Part shown: in pieces, positions 32,813 through 45,344 of the stretch
How the letters are laid out: every line of letters starts with the position of its first letter
Numbering within the stretch: the stretch's first letter is position 1
Source of the DNA: Toensbergia leucococca
Taxonomy: Eukaryota
DNA: 64,000 nucleotides
Direction of reading: 5' to 3'
NCBI GenBank assembly: GCA_022813965.1
Contig: JALDZS010000003.1
Coordinates: 62,001 to 126,000, forward strand
Made by a program: the position numbers and the translations under genes
The notes under the pieces: model-generated
Databases searched by the model: none
Seen by the model: the letters and a program-made list of their open reading frames with translations, nothing else
What the model was told of the DNA's origin: nothing

Positions 32813-35036
32813 TTAGGCCACTCCTCTCAACCCTTCAAAATGCTCCCTCTGCTCCCTCGCCAACCTCCCCTCGGAGTCCCCCACAATCGTCAAAACTAAC
32901 GCATAATTATTCCCCAGAAACCTCTCCCTCCTCCCCTCGCCCCCTAAACTCTTAGCCACCTTCCCCAAAAAGCCCTCAAACTCGCCTCGTAAACGTCCCA
33001 AACTGCTAGCTACAGGTTCTTCATCCCCACCCTCACTACTAAGCGCGAGGATCCCCTGCAAGAATTGCCCAAAGCGTTGCGTAAGTAAGTGTGGTGCCGT
33101 AGACTGGCCGCTGCTGGAGCCGGTAAGGGAGAGGGCGGCGCTGCGGGTTGAGACGGCGGCGGTGGCGCGGCGGACGGATTCGCAGTGGGCGTCCATGGCG
33201 AGCTGGAAGCGGGGCCATAGCAGCATGTTGGTGCCATTGATGTAGCCGTCCGCTGCGGGGACTTTGCGGCGCTGGAGCTCAAACGCGAAATGCTGGTTCA
33301 AGCGCACGCACAGTAGGATGCCGAGGCAATCGTAGGTGGGGTCAATAAGGGATTTGGTAAGGGCATGGCCGAGGGCGAAGGTGGGATCGAAAATGGAGGC
33401 GAATTTGAGGGAGACTTGGTGGAAGGTGTTTGGGGAAAAGAATTGGGTGAGAAAGGAGTATTCGGCGGAGGCGTTGTCAATGAGAGCAAGATTGAAGGAG
33501 AGGAAGGGCGTTTCGAGGTAATGGGTTGATTTATCTTCTTCGGCTAAGTAAGATGAGATTGCGGTTTGTGGAGATCTTTTGAGCACATCCATTCGCCGGC
33601 CGAGATTGATGGCGTCGTGAGAGATTTGGGCAGCTTTGGCGGCAGGATTCATATTGCCTTGCTTTTCGTTAGCTGTGGAGTTCGAGTTGTGAGCGATGAC
33701 AAAAAATGATTACTTCTCTGGCTAGTAGGATCGGCCCCAAGCATGTCGTGCTTGTCGATATTATATAGGGATATCTTCTCTACGGCTTGGCGATAGCGAG
33801 CGAAGTGACTCAGATAGTACCACCGCATGGTATTGATATACGCTTGGCCGATTTCTTCAGCGAGCTGAGGATGATGCGTGGCTAGAAAGACATATAGATC
33901 TTTGTATTTGAGGAACGTCTGTTGCTGAAGGATTTGGGCGTTCATGTTAGGTGAACGCATGGCCTTGATTTGAGAGACGAAGAAGTCCCGGATCCTTTCC
34001 AAAGCCTATGGAGGACACTAAGTATTTAACGCAGAGTTTGACGGTTTGAGCTCTTTTACCTTATTGATCAGATCGTCCAGGAGCGGCTTGATATCTCTGA
34101 CAGCTTGCATTGTACCAGGACTTTTCAGTTTGTTCTCTATGACCTTTGATCGTTTCTCCAGCTCGTCCAAAGCTTTCACCCAGGTCTGGTCGATTGGACC
34201 TTCGGATATTTTCTTGACTACTGCTGGAGCGATAGAGACTTCTTCGACAGCAGGCCCTAACAGCTTCTCTACAACCCTGCGATTCTCCAATCTGGTATTT
34301 AGAGCGGTTGAGCGTGATTGAAGCGTCTCAATCTCTGCGGAAACAGCGCCCAGATCCTTCTGGAAGCTTGTCAAGGAGACCTCGACGGACTTGAGTACAT
34401 CATCGCACGCCCATTGAATGTTAGCAGCGAGACCAAGGAAGCACAGTATTTGGACATTCACTCACCAAGATAGACTGATGTAAGTCTTCGAACTTGGCCT
34501 TCTCTGCCTCGTCTGAGGTAACAATTCAGCTTCGAATATATTTCACTATCGAGAGAGCATACATACTCACATTCCTCGGCTGTCTGGATATTCAAAGCCT
34601 GATTTATCACTTCCACATCTTCGCCCCGGGGAGCTCCCACCTCCGCGAATTCATGTAGGCTCAGGCCATCGAATGCAATCTCATGAAAGAGCTGCGAAGG
34701 TTTCTCGGCTAAGCGGTTCTCATCCGTTGTGCCATTACCATTCAGCTTTCCTGATAAGGGTCTCCCAATGATTTTCTCCAGAACGTCTGAAGGATCCGTG
34801 AAATCAGCAGGCGGCGTAATCTGTTGCTTCAATGCAGAGCCATTTGGAAGTCGAGGCGGATGTGTTCCATTCTGAGCGACAGACAAGGACGAGGATCGCG
34901 GGCTAAAGCCAGGCCGGGCGATTGGTCCAGATGGAAATTGACTAGACCGTCGAGGCGCAGGAGAAGATGACCTGTTTTGTGATTGGGGGGGTGAGCCTGA
35001 GGGCGTGGAATGGCCGGAGAAGCGGTCAAGCCACAT
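32813..35036 (-). CDS. VPS52: GARP complex subunit Vps52/Sac2 (4 introns)
   Basis: MWLDRFSG start; FQKDLGAVSAEIETLQSRS, AYINTMRWYY, LIDNASAEYSF, LLWPRFQ, PHLLTQRFGQF. Confidence 0.94.
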
Positions 35037-35383
35037 GCTCGATCAGTAAAGTCGAGTCATGAGTTTTCAAAGTATGGTTCCTTTGAGAAGTCTATAAGTG
35101 ACTCATCAAAGACGATAGAGTATGGTAGATGTTGTTCGATGGTGAGGAACTTAGCCAGATGAGGGAGTCTAAGTAAAATCCGTGCGCGACTCTGATTGGC
35201 TCAGGCTCACCCCACCATGCCACAATTCTCGACTTCAATTTCTACTTATTCATCTTCTTCAACTTTCCTTTCCCGTTTTCTTCTCTCCTCACCAACTTTG
35301 CCTCCTTACACAACCAGTGTCTTCGTCGCACACCCTTAGTCTTATAAACGCTCCTTTCCTAATCATCTTAAATACCCCTCATC

Positions 35384-36082
35384 ATGGCTGATGATGCCCA
35401 GGTTTGTGCATTTCACATTTTCCCATCCTTTCCCCCCCGCACATTCCCATGAAGCGCAACTCATCCGTCCATTTTCTAAGCTTTAGCTGATTTAATCGTC
35501 CCACAGCATGAGCATACCTTCGACAGCGCTGACGCTGGTGCGTCGGCCACTTTCCCTATGCAATGCTCTGCTTTGAGGAAGAACGGTCACGTTGTGATCA
35601 AAAATCGCCCTTGCAAAATTGTGGATATGAGTACCTCTAAGACGGGAAAACATGGACATGCTAAAGTCCATCTTGTTGCTATCGATATCTTCACTGGAAA
35701 GAAATTGGAAGATCTCTGCCCATCCACCCACAACATGGATGTCCCCAATGTCACCCGCAAGGAATTCCAGCTTGTAAGAATTTCGGTGAAGAGTCAATGT
35801 GATCTCTAGGCTGATACTGACATGTTATAGCTTGATATTTCTGATGATAACTTCCTCTCTCTCATGGCTGATGACGGAGAGACCAAAGATGATGTCAAGG
35901 TTCCGGATGGAGAGGTTGGTGAAAAGATCGAGAAGCTTTTCCGCGTTGATGAGAAAGACACTAGTACGCCATATTTATGATCCTGTCCCAAAGTGGCTTG
36001 ACTAACTTGCCTAGACGTCATTGTCCTCACTTCCATGGGTGAGGAGGTTGCCATCGATTGCAAGGAAGCTCCCCGCGCCTAG
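35384..36082 (+). CDS. HYP2: Translation factor eIF5A (3 introns)
   Basis: Hypusination motif [24 protein letters not shown]; exons 35384-35401, 35507-35773, 35831-35963, 36015-36082. Confidence 0.97.
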
Positions 36083-36586
36083 ATATCCCTTCCATTTTGT
36101 AATGGCCGAGATGCATTTTGCAGTGGAGGGGAAACTTGACCTATTATTGAACAAGCTGGGTTTAGTTCTGCAGGGATACTTCTCGTTTGCGCCATCCCAT
36201 GTTGCTAAACACGGCGGTAGATGTCCCCTGGGTATTTGGGTTTTGGGTCTATATCTTCCAAACTTTCATACGATGGCCGCAGCATTTTCAGTTCATCTTT
36301 GACATGGAAGTTGCGTGGGATAGTGACGATTCGGACGAGACATGATTAAAAAGAATCTTGTGCGCGAATTGCAAACTACTTGTCCATGATAGTTCAATAC
36401 AAGTTTAGAAATTCCCGGATTATTTCCAATTAGAGAGGGGCCAGACTAGAAGTAGAAGTACGTTTCCATTAACAATTGACATTTTCATCCTAAGTTACAA
36501 TTCCCTGATATTGGAAATTTGTGAAATTGGCCCAGCCGTTAATCCATGCAGAGAGCATCATGTTCATTTAACACTAAGTATGCAGT

Positions 36587-38585
36587 ATGCAGTACTTCAA
36601 AGACGAAGTCTGCGGCATTGATAATTGCCGCGAAAAAAGGTACTACATTGATAATGGGTTTACAGTCTGCAAGAATGGCCACCAGAAAGAGGTATTGCCA
36701 TTCCCAATTGCTGTCTGAGTCTGGTCTCAATCTTTCGGTAGGGCCAGGTGCAAACACAGGTAGATGAGGACGACTTTGGCACCCAGGGACGGACGACTCG
36801 TCAGAAGAAAGAAATCAAGGGAAAAGCCTCCCGAAGTACCTTTCTTCATTCTCATCAGTCTGTGCCTTCGCCCTGACTATGTGAAGTCTACCGCGGTCAC
36901 AAGGCCTTGGAACTGTACCTTCAATCCTACCAGCTGATCCTCTGGAATCAATGCTACGGCCTGATCCACTCAAAGAAGCTTCCGCCTGAGCTTGAAAATG
37001 TCGTGAAAGATCTATGGGCTCTTCGCCTTCAACTACTTAGGAAGAAAGCTGAAAAAGCATCCGAGTCGGAGGCAGGCTTTAAGACATACAGCTCTCAATC
37101 GGAAGCGGATCTTCCATCCGAGAACGAGCATGATAGAACGTGTAGGAAGTGGAAGGATAGGGGAGAAGAAATACCAAGCCTGATTGAGAGCTTAGGGCTT
37201 TGTTATCTAGGAGCCATTCTTCTACGTCTTCCCTTGAGCTTGGGTGAGATGCATCGGTAAGACTCGCTCGTTGAAGGGCGCAGATATAGTGTTGCATGGC
37301 TGAATCTGGTACAATGTGTTTCAGCTGGGCTGTTAGAGAAGAAATTCCTTTCATTAGAGCAGTACGTCTAGTGCCGAGAGTGATGAAGGAAAAGCTTCCC
37401 TCGCATTACCTAGGTGCTCTCGATACACTGGTATCTCTTTCCTTGCTACCCAACAAGATCAAGCTAACGCCGTATCTAGTCTCCCCTTGAGCCTGATCAT
37501 CTGTGTAGAACTGTACACCAGTTGGTATTCCTATACAATTATCATTTTGACATGGTCTTTCCAGCCTTGAATCATCCCTTACTACTATTCAAGCACGTCA
37601 AAAACCTCGCTCTACCACGTAAGTGACCTTAGACCTTCTTTCGAATACTTCTCATCAATCCCTTCTAGTCGAAATTTACACCGCCGTCCGCCAATTATCC
37701 TCCCTCTTCGCCTGCGATTTCGCCTTTCCCACCCCCCAACTCCGCAAAACATTCTCCTCCCTCCCAGAAATCCAACTCATCTCCCTTCTAGTAATTGCCA
37801 CAAAACTGTACCACCCCTTCGACTCCCTAGATCGCTACACCGCAACTCCAACCGAGCCTGGAACCCTTTCCATAGACTGGGACACTTGGTGCCAAGCCCA
37901 GCAAGACTACGATTCCCGCCTAACCAGCGACGGCAAACTAGAGCGCGGCAAGGCACTCACCCTCAGCGAGGAAGACGTCTTCACCATGACCGGCAACCAA
38001 CTCGACCACTACCTCGACTGGTACCAACAAACCTGGCTCGACTCCGACTCCCAATCCCACCACCCAAAACGCCTCCCACCCCAGCTCCTAGACATGTTCC
38101 CAACCGGCACCCTGCCTCCCCCCCAACAAACCTCAACCCAAGAATCCCAAGCAGATCAAGCCGCTCTGGCCCAGAAACTCCAGATCGTACAAGCCAGCCT
38201 CAAACAACGAGGCATGATCTCGGAAGCCAGCGCTGCCAAAGCCACCACCGAGCCGGTCAGGCGTATTGGTAGCGCTTACAAGCGCTATCGGGGGGTGGGG
38301 GAGCTAGAGGGGAGGGCAAGAACGTTTTATGAGGCTGTGGCTGGGGCGGTGGGGGTTTCGTTGGGGGTACTGGTTAGGGCTGTTGGGGCGTGGGAGAGGA
38401 GGATGGTGGATTTGGGGGAGGAGGGGAGGAGGAGGAGGGGTGGAGGGGAAATGAGTGGAAGGCTGTCGGGGGGAGAGGATGGGGGCCTGGGGAAGGAGGA
38501 AGGGGTGGATGTGGAGATGGTAGGAGGGGATGTTGATGTTGAGATGGATACGGCTGGGCTTGGTAGTGGGGGAGAATCGAGCTGA
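36587..38585 (+). CDS. RRN7: RNA polymerase I initiation factor Rrn7/TAF1B (5 introns)
   Basis: N-terminal zinc ribbon CGIDNC...CKNGH, DEDDFGTQG, LYLQSYQLILWNQ, VVKDLWALRL, LGLCYLG, LPEIQLISLLVIATKL, YLDWY. Confidence 0.88.
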
Positions 38586-40699
38586 TGTGAGCGTTGTGTT
38601 CTATCTACTGCTGGGAGCAGGAGCTAGAGGTAACGAAAGCCATAGAAATCTTGCCAGAAGTCTCGTCTGGCTGATTTTTAAAACCGAGAACACCTTCCTT
38701 CCAGGCGCGGGAGGAGCTAGCTTTTTTGATTCGTCCACATAGCATGGCACTTCGAAAGTGGGAGACAGCCGAAGCTTTGGCGATCGGGAACGACGCAACA
38801 AGATTCATCCTTCTCAACTGCTGGAAACGTTTCTTTCTACGTGTAAGTGAACCCGGGGGGGGGGTTTCATTCAAAGGTTCTGGGAAACTCGCTTCCATAG
38901 AGTAGTATTTCCTGGAAAAAAACCTCAGCATCGACCTACATAACGAACCAACCCATCACCCAAGTATCAAGTCCTAGTTCCCCAATTACCATCTCACAAT
39001 CGCCCTCTCACAACCCCCAATGCATCCCCCCCCACATTAGATCATCAACACCACCTCCCAACTCCACACCCCCTACACTCCCCCTCCTCCTCCACCTCCA
39101 CCTTCCGAAGGTAGCAATTGAGCCACTTCTTGCAGTAGCTTACGGGACTTATATCGACGTAGGTGCAGGTGTGTGTGGTGATGGTTTTGTGGCATATTTT
39201 GAGGTCTATTTTTTTGGTTTTTTTTTTGGTGGGGGGTGGGGGGGAGGGAGAGAATAATGGGATATCCGTGGATTGGATTGATTTCTTTGATTGATGGATT
39301 GGAATTTGGTGAGGTTTTGTGGCCAACGGCTTTTGTTTTCTCTTTTCTTTTGGCGGCTTTGTTTCGTGGAGGAGACGGATGCTAGAACGGGTCTTTGAGA
39401 GTGTCTCAGTTGGTTTTGAGGGTTTCTGCCATTCTTTATTTTTGTACCCTGATTCGTGGTGGTTTAAGGGAAAAATGAGGCAGTTTGAAAGTAGCGAGGT
39501 CAAGTTTTTCGCAAAAGGTCTTGAAGCTGGGTGGCAAAGAGCCCGCGTCAGCTACCTTACTTGAGAGTCAATGTCTTTGAGCGGGCGCATCGTCAAATAT
39601 TGTGGTATCAATCTTGGTATCTTTAGAGAGTATTTCTGGGGTCTATTCATTGCCGTGGGTAAGGTATTGAATATAAGATCCAGATATACCAGGGTATCTT
39701 AAGTTCTCACACGCGTCTCTGATAGTAGAGAGTATCCATCCTAATGTCCGCTGATGTCTGTAGTCATCATCGTCTTCCGATGAGGTTCCAACTAGTACTG
39801 AGGTAGATACACCCACGCTGGTGCCTTGAGAATCGATCCGGAGGTCATCAAGAGGTTGAAAGGTACTCGTAGAAACACTCTTCGAAACATCATTACAACT
39901 CTGAAGCTCTCTTAGGGTTCTCACCCCTTGTGAGGTCAACGTTGTTTCCATCTGCGTTCATGTCGTCTAGCTTCTTGATCTGATACTGCCACTTCTTCTC
40001 ACCCAATTTGAAAGTGCATGCAAGTATAAACAACAGCCGCAAGACTGAAGGAATTCACACAACGGCAGCGTTCTTTTATCTGCAACACAGGCTCGCCAAG
40101 ACTCAAGACTGGGGGGAGTAGTTCCACGATTGTACCTGCACATGAGCTGGCTTTTTCGAATTTTAATTATACCGGGAATAACGGCGTCTTTGCCATCAGA
40201 TATCTCGAATAGACACAACACATTTGTTGATCACAAAAACTTCACCCCTTCTTGTCCGTGACAATACCTGCAGGCCATTCAGCTTCGAAAAGCGGTAGAA
40301 GGGATGCTTGAGGTCCGCGGATGAGATCCTTGGTGTCTAAGTCTAAGGCATCAACATCAATAACCTCCGTGGGATTTCGCATATTGCGCCTTCGTGCGGA
40401 CTATCGAAGAGACGGTCAGGTAGTTGGCACGGCCTATCAAAGGCTGCGATCAAAGTTAAGGTCGGGTACTGGAAATATTTCCTGCAGTCGCGAGGATATT
40501 CAACTTGGCGTTTGCGTCATTTCTTGGGCAACAGTCGATGCTTGAGGAAGTCATAGCAGGTGATAGCTTCCCATTTGTCGTATCGTCTTTAGATGAGTAC
40601 TCTCATCACTCTCACCCTCAGCTTCCCTCCCCCCATCATCAGCAAAGAATCATCCTGCTTTTCTTCGTCTGCAGTCTGGATTACTTAGCAGCCAACCAC

Positions 40700-41173
40700 T
40701 CAAGCAATATGTGGCTCGTTTTCCAATAGCCCGACAACCTTCCTCAAAATCCTTCTCGCATCCTCAAACGTAGCCAACTCCACCGCCTCCCCTAATTCAC
40801 ACCATCTCCAATCCTCAACCTCACTCTCCTGCGGCCTGACCTCCCCCTCCTCCACGACCCCTGCGAAGTAAACCACCTCCTTCGTCCATCCCTTCTCCGG
40901 ATTAGTATACCTCTCCACAAAATCCTCCCCCTCAAACACAAGCTGCTTAACTTTCAAGCCAGTCTCTTCAAAGAGTTCTCGCTTGGCAGTTTCGAGGGGC
41001 GTTTCAGAAGCTTCGGCATGGCCTTTGGGTATAGACCATTGGAGACCAGAGCGGTAGGTTTTTTGATGTATCAGAAGGATTTTGGTACTGGCAGATGAAG
41101 GAGGGGAGGTAGGAGAGGAGAGCGGGATTATGCCATAGGAGCGTTCGTGGCTTTGGTGGTTTTGGGAGGTCAT
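40700..41173 (-). CDS. Nudix hydrolase, asymmetric Ap4A hydrolase-like
   Basis: Nudix box GHAEASETPLETAKRELFEETGL preceded by SYGIIP and W.IPKG; KEVVYF; intronless. Confidence 0.88.
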   Translation of the reverse strand: MTSQNHQSHERSYGIIPLSSPTSPPSSASTKILLIHQKTYRSGLQWSIPKGHAEASETPLETAKRELFEETGLKVKQLVFEGEDFVERYTNPEKGWTKEVVYFAGVVEEGEVRPQESEVEDWRWCELGEAVELATFEDARRILRKVVGLLENEPHIA

Positions 41174-41601
41174 GTTGAGACAAAGTCGTCAAATCGTTGT
41201 CGTTGGTTTAGCAAGCCGGCTTTTGGTGGTTGAAAATTTGCTGCAACCAACCATTGACTTGGTAGATTGCAGTTTAAAATTGATGGAATGGAGCCAGGAA
41301 CTGAATGTAGCTTTGTGTGCAATCACTTATGTAAAATCTGTCTTGTAAACACTGGAGCTTCGAGATATCGATTCCCAGTTGTTTTTAATCGCCTTTTTAC
41401 CTATCCATAGATGGAAAGGCAGTACGAAGTATGAATGAAGTAAAAAGGTGAACAGAATTGGTGAATCTCCAATCTCGCTTAGTACGGAGACAGGGCTAGG
41501 GCTTCCCACAGAGCCTCAACATCGTTCGCCCCACCAAAGATCCGGACTCCAAAACTCACATCCTATCTACCACAATCCGGGCAAACCCCGTAATCGCAAC
41601 C

Positions 41602-42246
<645 letters not shown>

Positions 42247-42653
42247 AGGAGAGGATGGAAGCTAAGTTTGGGGTGTGGAGGTCTAGAAGTGGGTGTGGAG
42301 GTCTGGAAGTGGGTGCAAGAGTGGGAGAGCTAGTGCTAAAGAAGGACTTTGATCATCATTCTGTGGCTGGAAGCATGTACTGCTGTAAAGCTACTTAAAG
42401 CCATCCAATTGCACTGCCTTTTAATTGAAACTTTGCGGAACTACGGGTATCTACAGAATAGTAAATCAAGTCTCACGGAAGTCAAGCCCGTAGGCTCAAC
42501 GACATTCGCTAAAGAGCACAGTGAGGCCCTCATAAGCCCAGCAATGACCTGATCATCTTGTCCCCGTCCTCGCCGTCGGGCGTCTTCGCAACTGGACTCT
42601 GGTGCCTACAAATCTTGTTAGCACACTACCCCTGAGCTACCATGTTGGAAAAC

Positions 42654-43559
42654 TCACGCAAAGAACAAAATCTTAATCGCAATGGCCAGTCCAGCGTGTA
42701 GCAGCACCACAGCAACCACCAACCCTCGACTTGTCTTCGCATCTGCCACACTGACAACCGGCCACAAGTTCCTCACCAGAAATACGGCACTGACCGCAAA
42801 ACCAATCGCCACAAACACCCAATTCAGCACATTCACCTCACTCCAACTTATCAACGCCACCGGAATCCATATTAAATTCGCATACCCATAAAGGGCCCAG
42901 CACTCTAACAGACTCGCCCCTTCGCTTCCGAACCATTTCAATACTCCCCACAATCCCACCGGCACCAGTCCCGTATACCCATAAATCAGTCCAGCCGCCC
43001 CGCTCAGCAAGCGGAAATCATACTGGAAACGGTGACCAGTATGTATGGTGAGATATTTGGAAATGGTGCCTGCGAGGAAGAGGATAAATATGACAGTGGT
43101 GGCAATCCAGAAGGGGCCGTAGAGATCTGGATTTCCATCCAGAATATCGAGGAAAGGAGTGCGGGGGTAGAGAGTGGCAGCGCAACGGCGGAGAACTTCA
43201 GCAGTATCGACGTCAAAGTACTGGGCGTAGAAGCTCAAACTCCACAAGAAGCGTTTAGAACTTTGGGATTGAGTTGGTTGGGGGTTGGTGAAGGGAAGGG
43301 AGGTAGTGGGGGCATGTTTAGACCGTGAATTAGGTGGAGAGAAGTCTAGAGGCAGATACATCAGTTGAAACCTTTGCGAGAAAGAACGTATGTTGGGGAA
43401 GTACTTGATGAATGGAATTCCAGGTCTTCCTGGAGATCGGTATGGCCTAGATCACCCTAAATCGATGTCAGTATGGTCCAGATGAGAAAAGGTGAGGATC
43501 AAGGTAGAGCGCACTTCGGCATCAACGTCCACGACTACATCATAGCCTCTGTTTGCCAT
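42654..43559 (-). CDS. Yip1-domain Golgi membrane protein (YIPF1/Yip5-like; 2 introns)
   Basis: GYDVVVDVD, FYAQYFDVDT, PDLYGPFWIATT, ECWALYGY; several TMs. Confidence 0.9.
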
Positions 43560-43815
43560 GATTGCAATATCAGGGTTCAGGTGTCTCTGGTGAACGGCAT
43601 TGAAAGCTCCAGGTGTCGTGTTTAAAGTGGGACTAGCTCCGTAGGTACGGATATTTAGGTGGCCCGCTCGGCTACGAGCCGAGTATTCTAGACGATCTAA
43701 CGTTCAATTTGCAGCTGCAACTTGTCGATCTCAAGTTGACCTTATTTTGACTTGATTTATACTAATATGGTGCTCTAGAGTGTACCGGAGATGGCAGATG
43801 GATGTATTGGTATCA

Positions 43816-45187
43816 CTATCGAATAAACAGCCTAAAGAATGCCCAAAGTCTGCGTGGCAGAAGCCCTAAGATACCCTCAACTCCAGTCCTTTGCATCCAG
43901 AATGATAATATACCAATGAATACAGCAATACCTACACCGCCAGCAGGGCGTCTATATGTCCAAGCGAATCTCATGGCTTGCTGTCGCATTTCCGCTCTTC
44001 GTAGTTGTTGCGATTGCCTGACAATGAGCTCTTCGCCATCTTTGATGGTCTGATTGGAGGTGAAACCACGTGTCGTCTTGAGAACGCTATAAGATGAAAT
44101 TTTTGCCCAGGCTCGAAAGGGTAATTTTTCCGGTGGGTTCGTCGTGAATAGATCCATTGTCCTTAAGATCAGCGCTTCCAGGTCGAGCGGTTTTGGAAGT
44201 TTGGAAAGAATCGAGTGAAGCATTTCGGGTTCGTCTGAGGGTATGTCAAACAGCTCTTCTCGGCGAGAGAGTATAATGACAGCAAAAAGGTAGATTGAAA
44301 CTACTGCCTCTTGAGCAAGTAGAAAATCAAACAGGCGGGCTATGTCGCCGTACTCTTCTATGTCATGAGCGTACAAGGTTAGGGTTGCTGCCAAGGCAAA
44401 GAACGGCTGGGTTTGTGATAAGTGCTGCCAAAGTTTGGGATCGGCGGAATAAAGAATTGCGGGTAACAATTGAAGATGCTCTAGAGACGGCGACAAGGAA
44501 GGTAACATGAAGTCTCGGATACGTAACAGTGACAGATGAGCAACGGCATCGGCAGCATGGTCAGCTCGTAGAACAAGTAGAAGCACTTGAACAATATCGT
44601 GAAAACCTTGAAAATAGGAAAGCATAGGATGCCTTCTCAAAACTTCGGTAATCAAGTCGGAAAGCTGAACTCTTCGATGACCCAGCTGCTTTTCGGACTC
44701 ATCTGCTTCGATCAGGCCTGAGCACTGAGACATGGGCCATGTGGGCGGACTTACTGCTGGGATAGTAAATGAAGGATCTATTGACATCAAGCTTGACTTG
44801 ATCTTCGTCCTTATGGATTGGAAGCTCTTGCCATGGCTGTTTCAAGTCTTCGTCTCTGCTTCTCGATTGACCATAGCCTAGTAATATCGGCCCTAGTACG
44901 TCGTCAAGCCTGGGTGGGACAGACAGAGGATTTGTCAGAACTCAGGACGTACAGGCTTCACGACGTACCTCGTCATCGATCAGGCCATCCGAAGAGGTGG
45001 CCAATAGAGAAATTAAATGCCTATTGCCAGCTTTACAGGCGTCTCGGATGCAAAGAACCTTGGTGCAATCTGCGCGTGACAGCAATGGCTTCCCCTGCCA
45101 GTTTTGATAGGGCACCCCATATAATTCGACGTCCTGTTTGAGCGGCACTATTGACTTGACGTGTTCGTCTTGGTCCCCCACGCACAT
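43816..45187 (-). CDS. GYP8: TBC-domain Rab GTPase-activating protein (Gyp8/TBC1D20-like; 2 introns)
   Basis: Spliced RREAWPILLG, DEDQVKLDVNRSF, YFQGFHDI, RIRDFM, RLFDFLLA; C-terminal TM; start codon tentative. Confidence 0.88.
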
Positions 45188-45344
45188 TGTCGCATGGGAT
45201 GACGAAAAGGGGTCGGGGTCGAGAGGAAGGTTGCAGAGAGATATGTTGCTCGAGGTTTGACTTGTACTAGAATAGTGGGGGTGCCCTGTTACCAGGAGAC
45301 CATCCATCTCGCAGTAGGCTGTTCCAGTACCAGCCAATTCCTTC

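Noticed and set aside
5231..39572. AGAGTCAATGT occurring three times (5231, ~35790, ~39564)
   Set aside because: A few triple 11-mers are expected by chance in 64 kb, and the flanks are unrelated.
38600..40200. Telomerase RNA on the minus strand (AACCCTAA at 39912-39919, junction-like fold near 38620)
   Set aside because: Only an 8-nt template match, expected by chance; no convincing pseudoknot or P6.1 loop.
39643..40221. Two same-frame minus-strand ORFs suggesting a pseudogene
   Set aside because: No recognisable domain, splice structure or start context.
41389..41402. U5 snRNA loop-like GCCTTTTTAC
   Set aside because: Has five Ts rather than GCCTTTTAC, with no flanking stem or Sm site.
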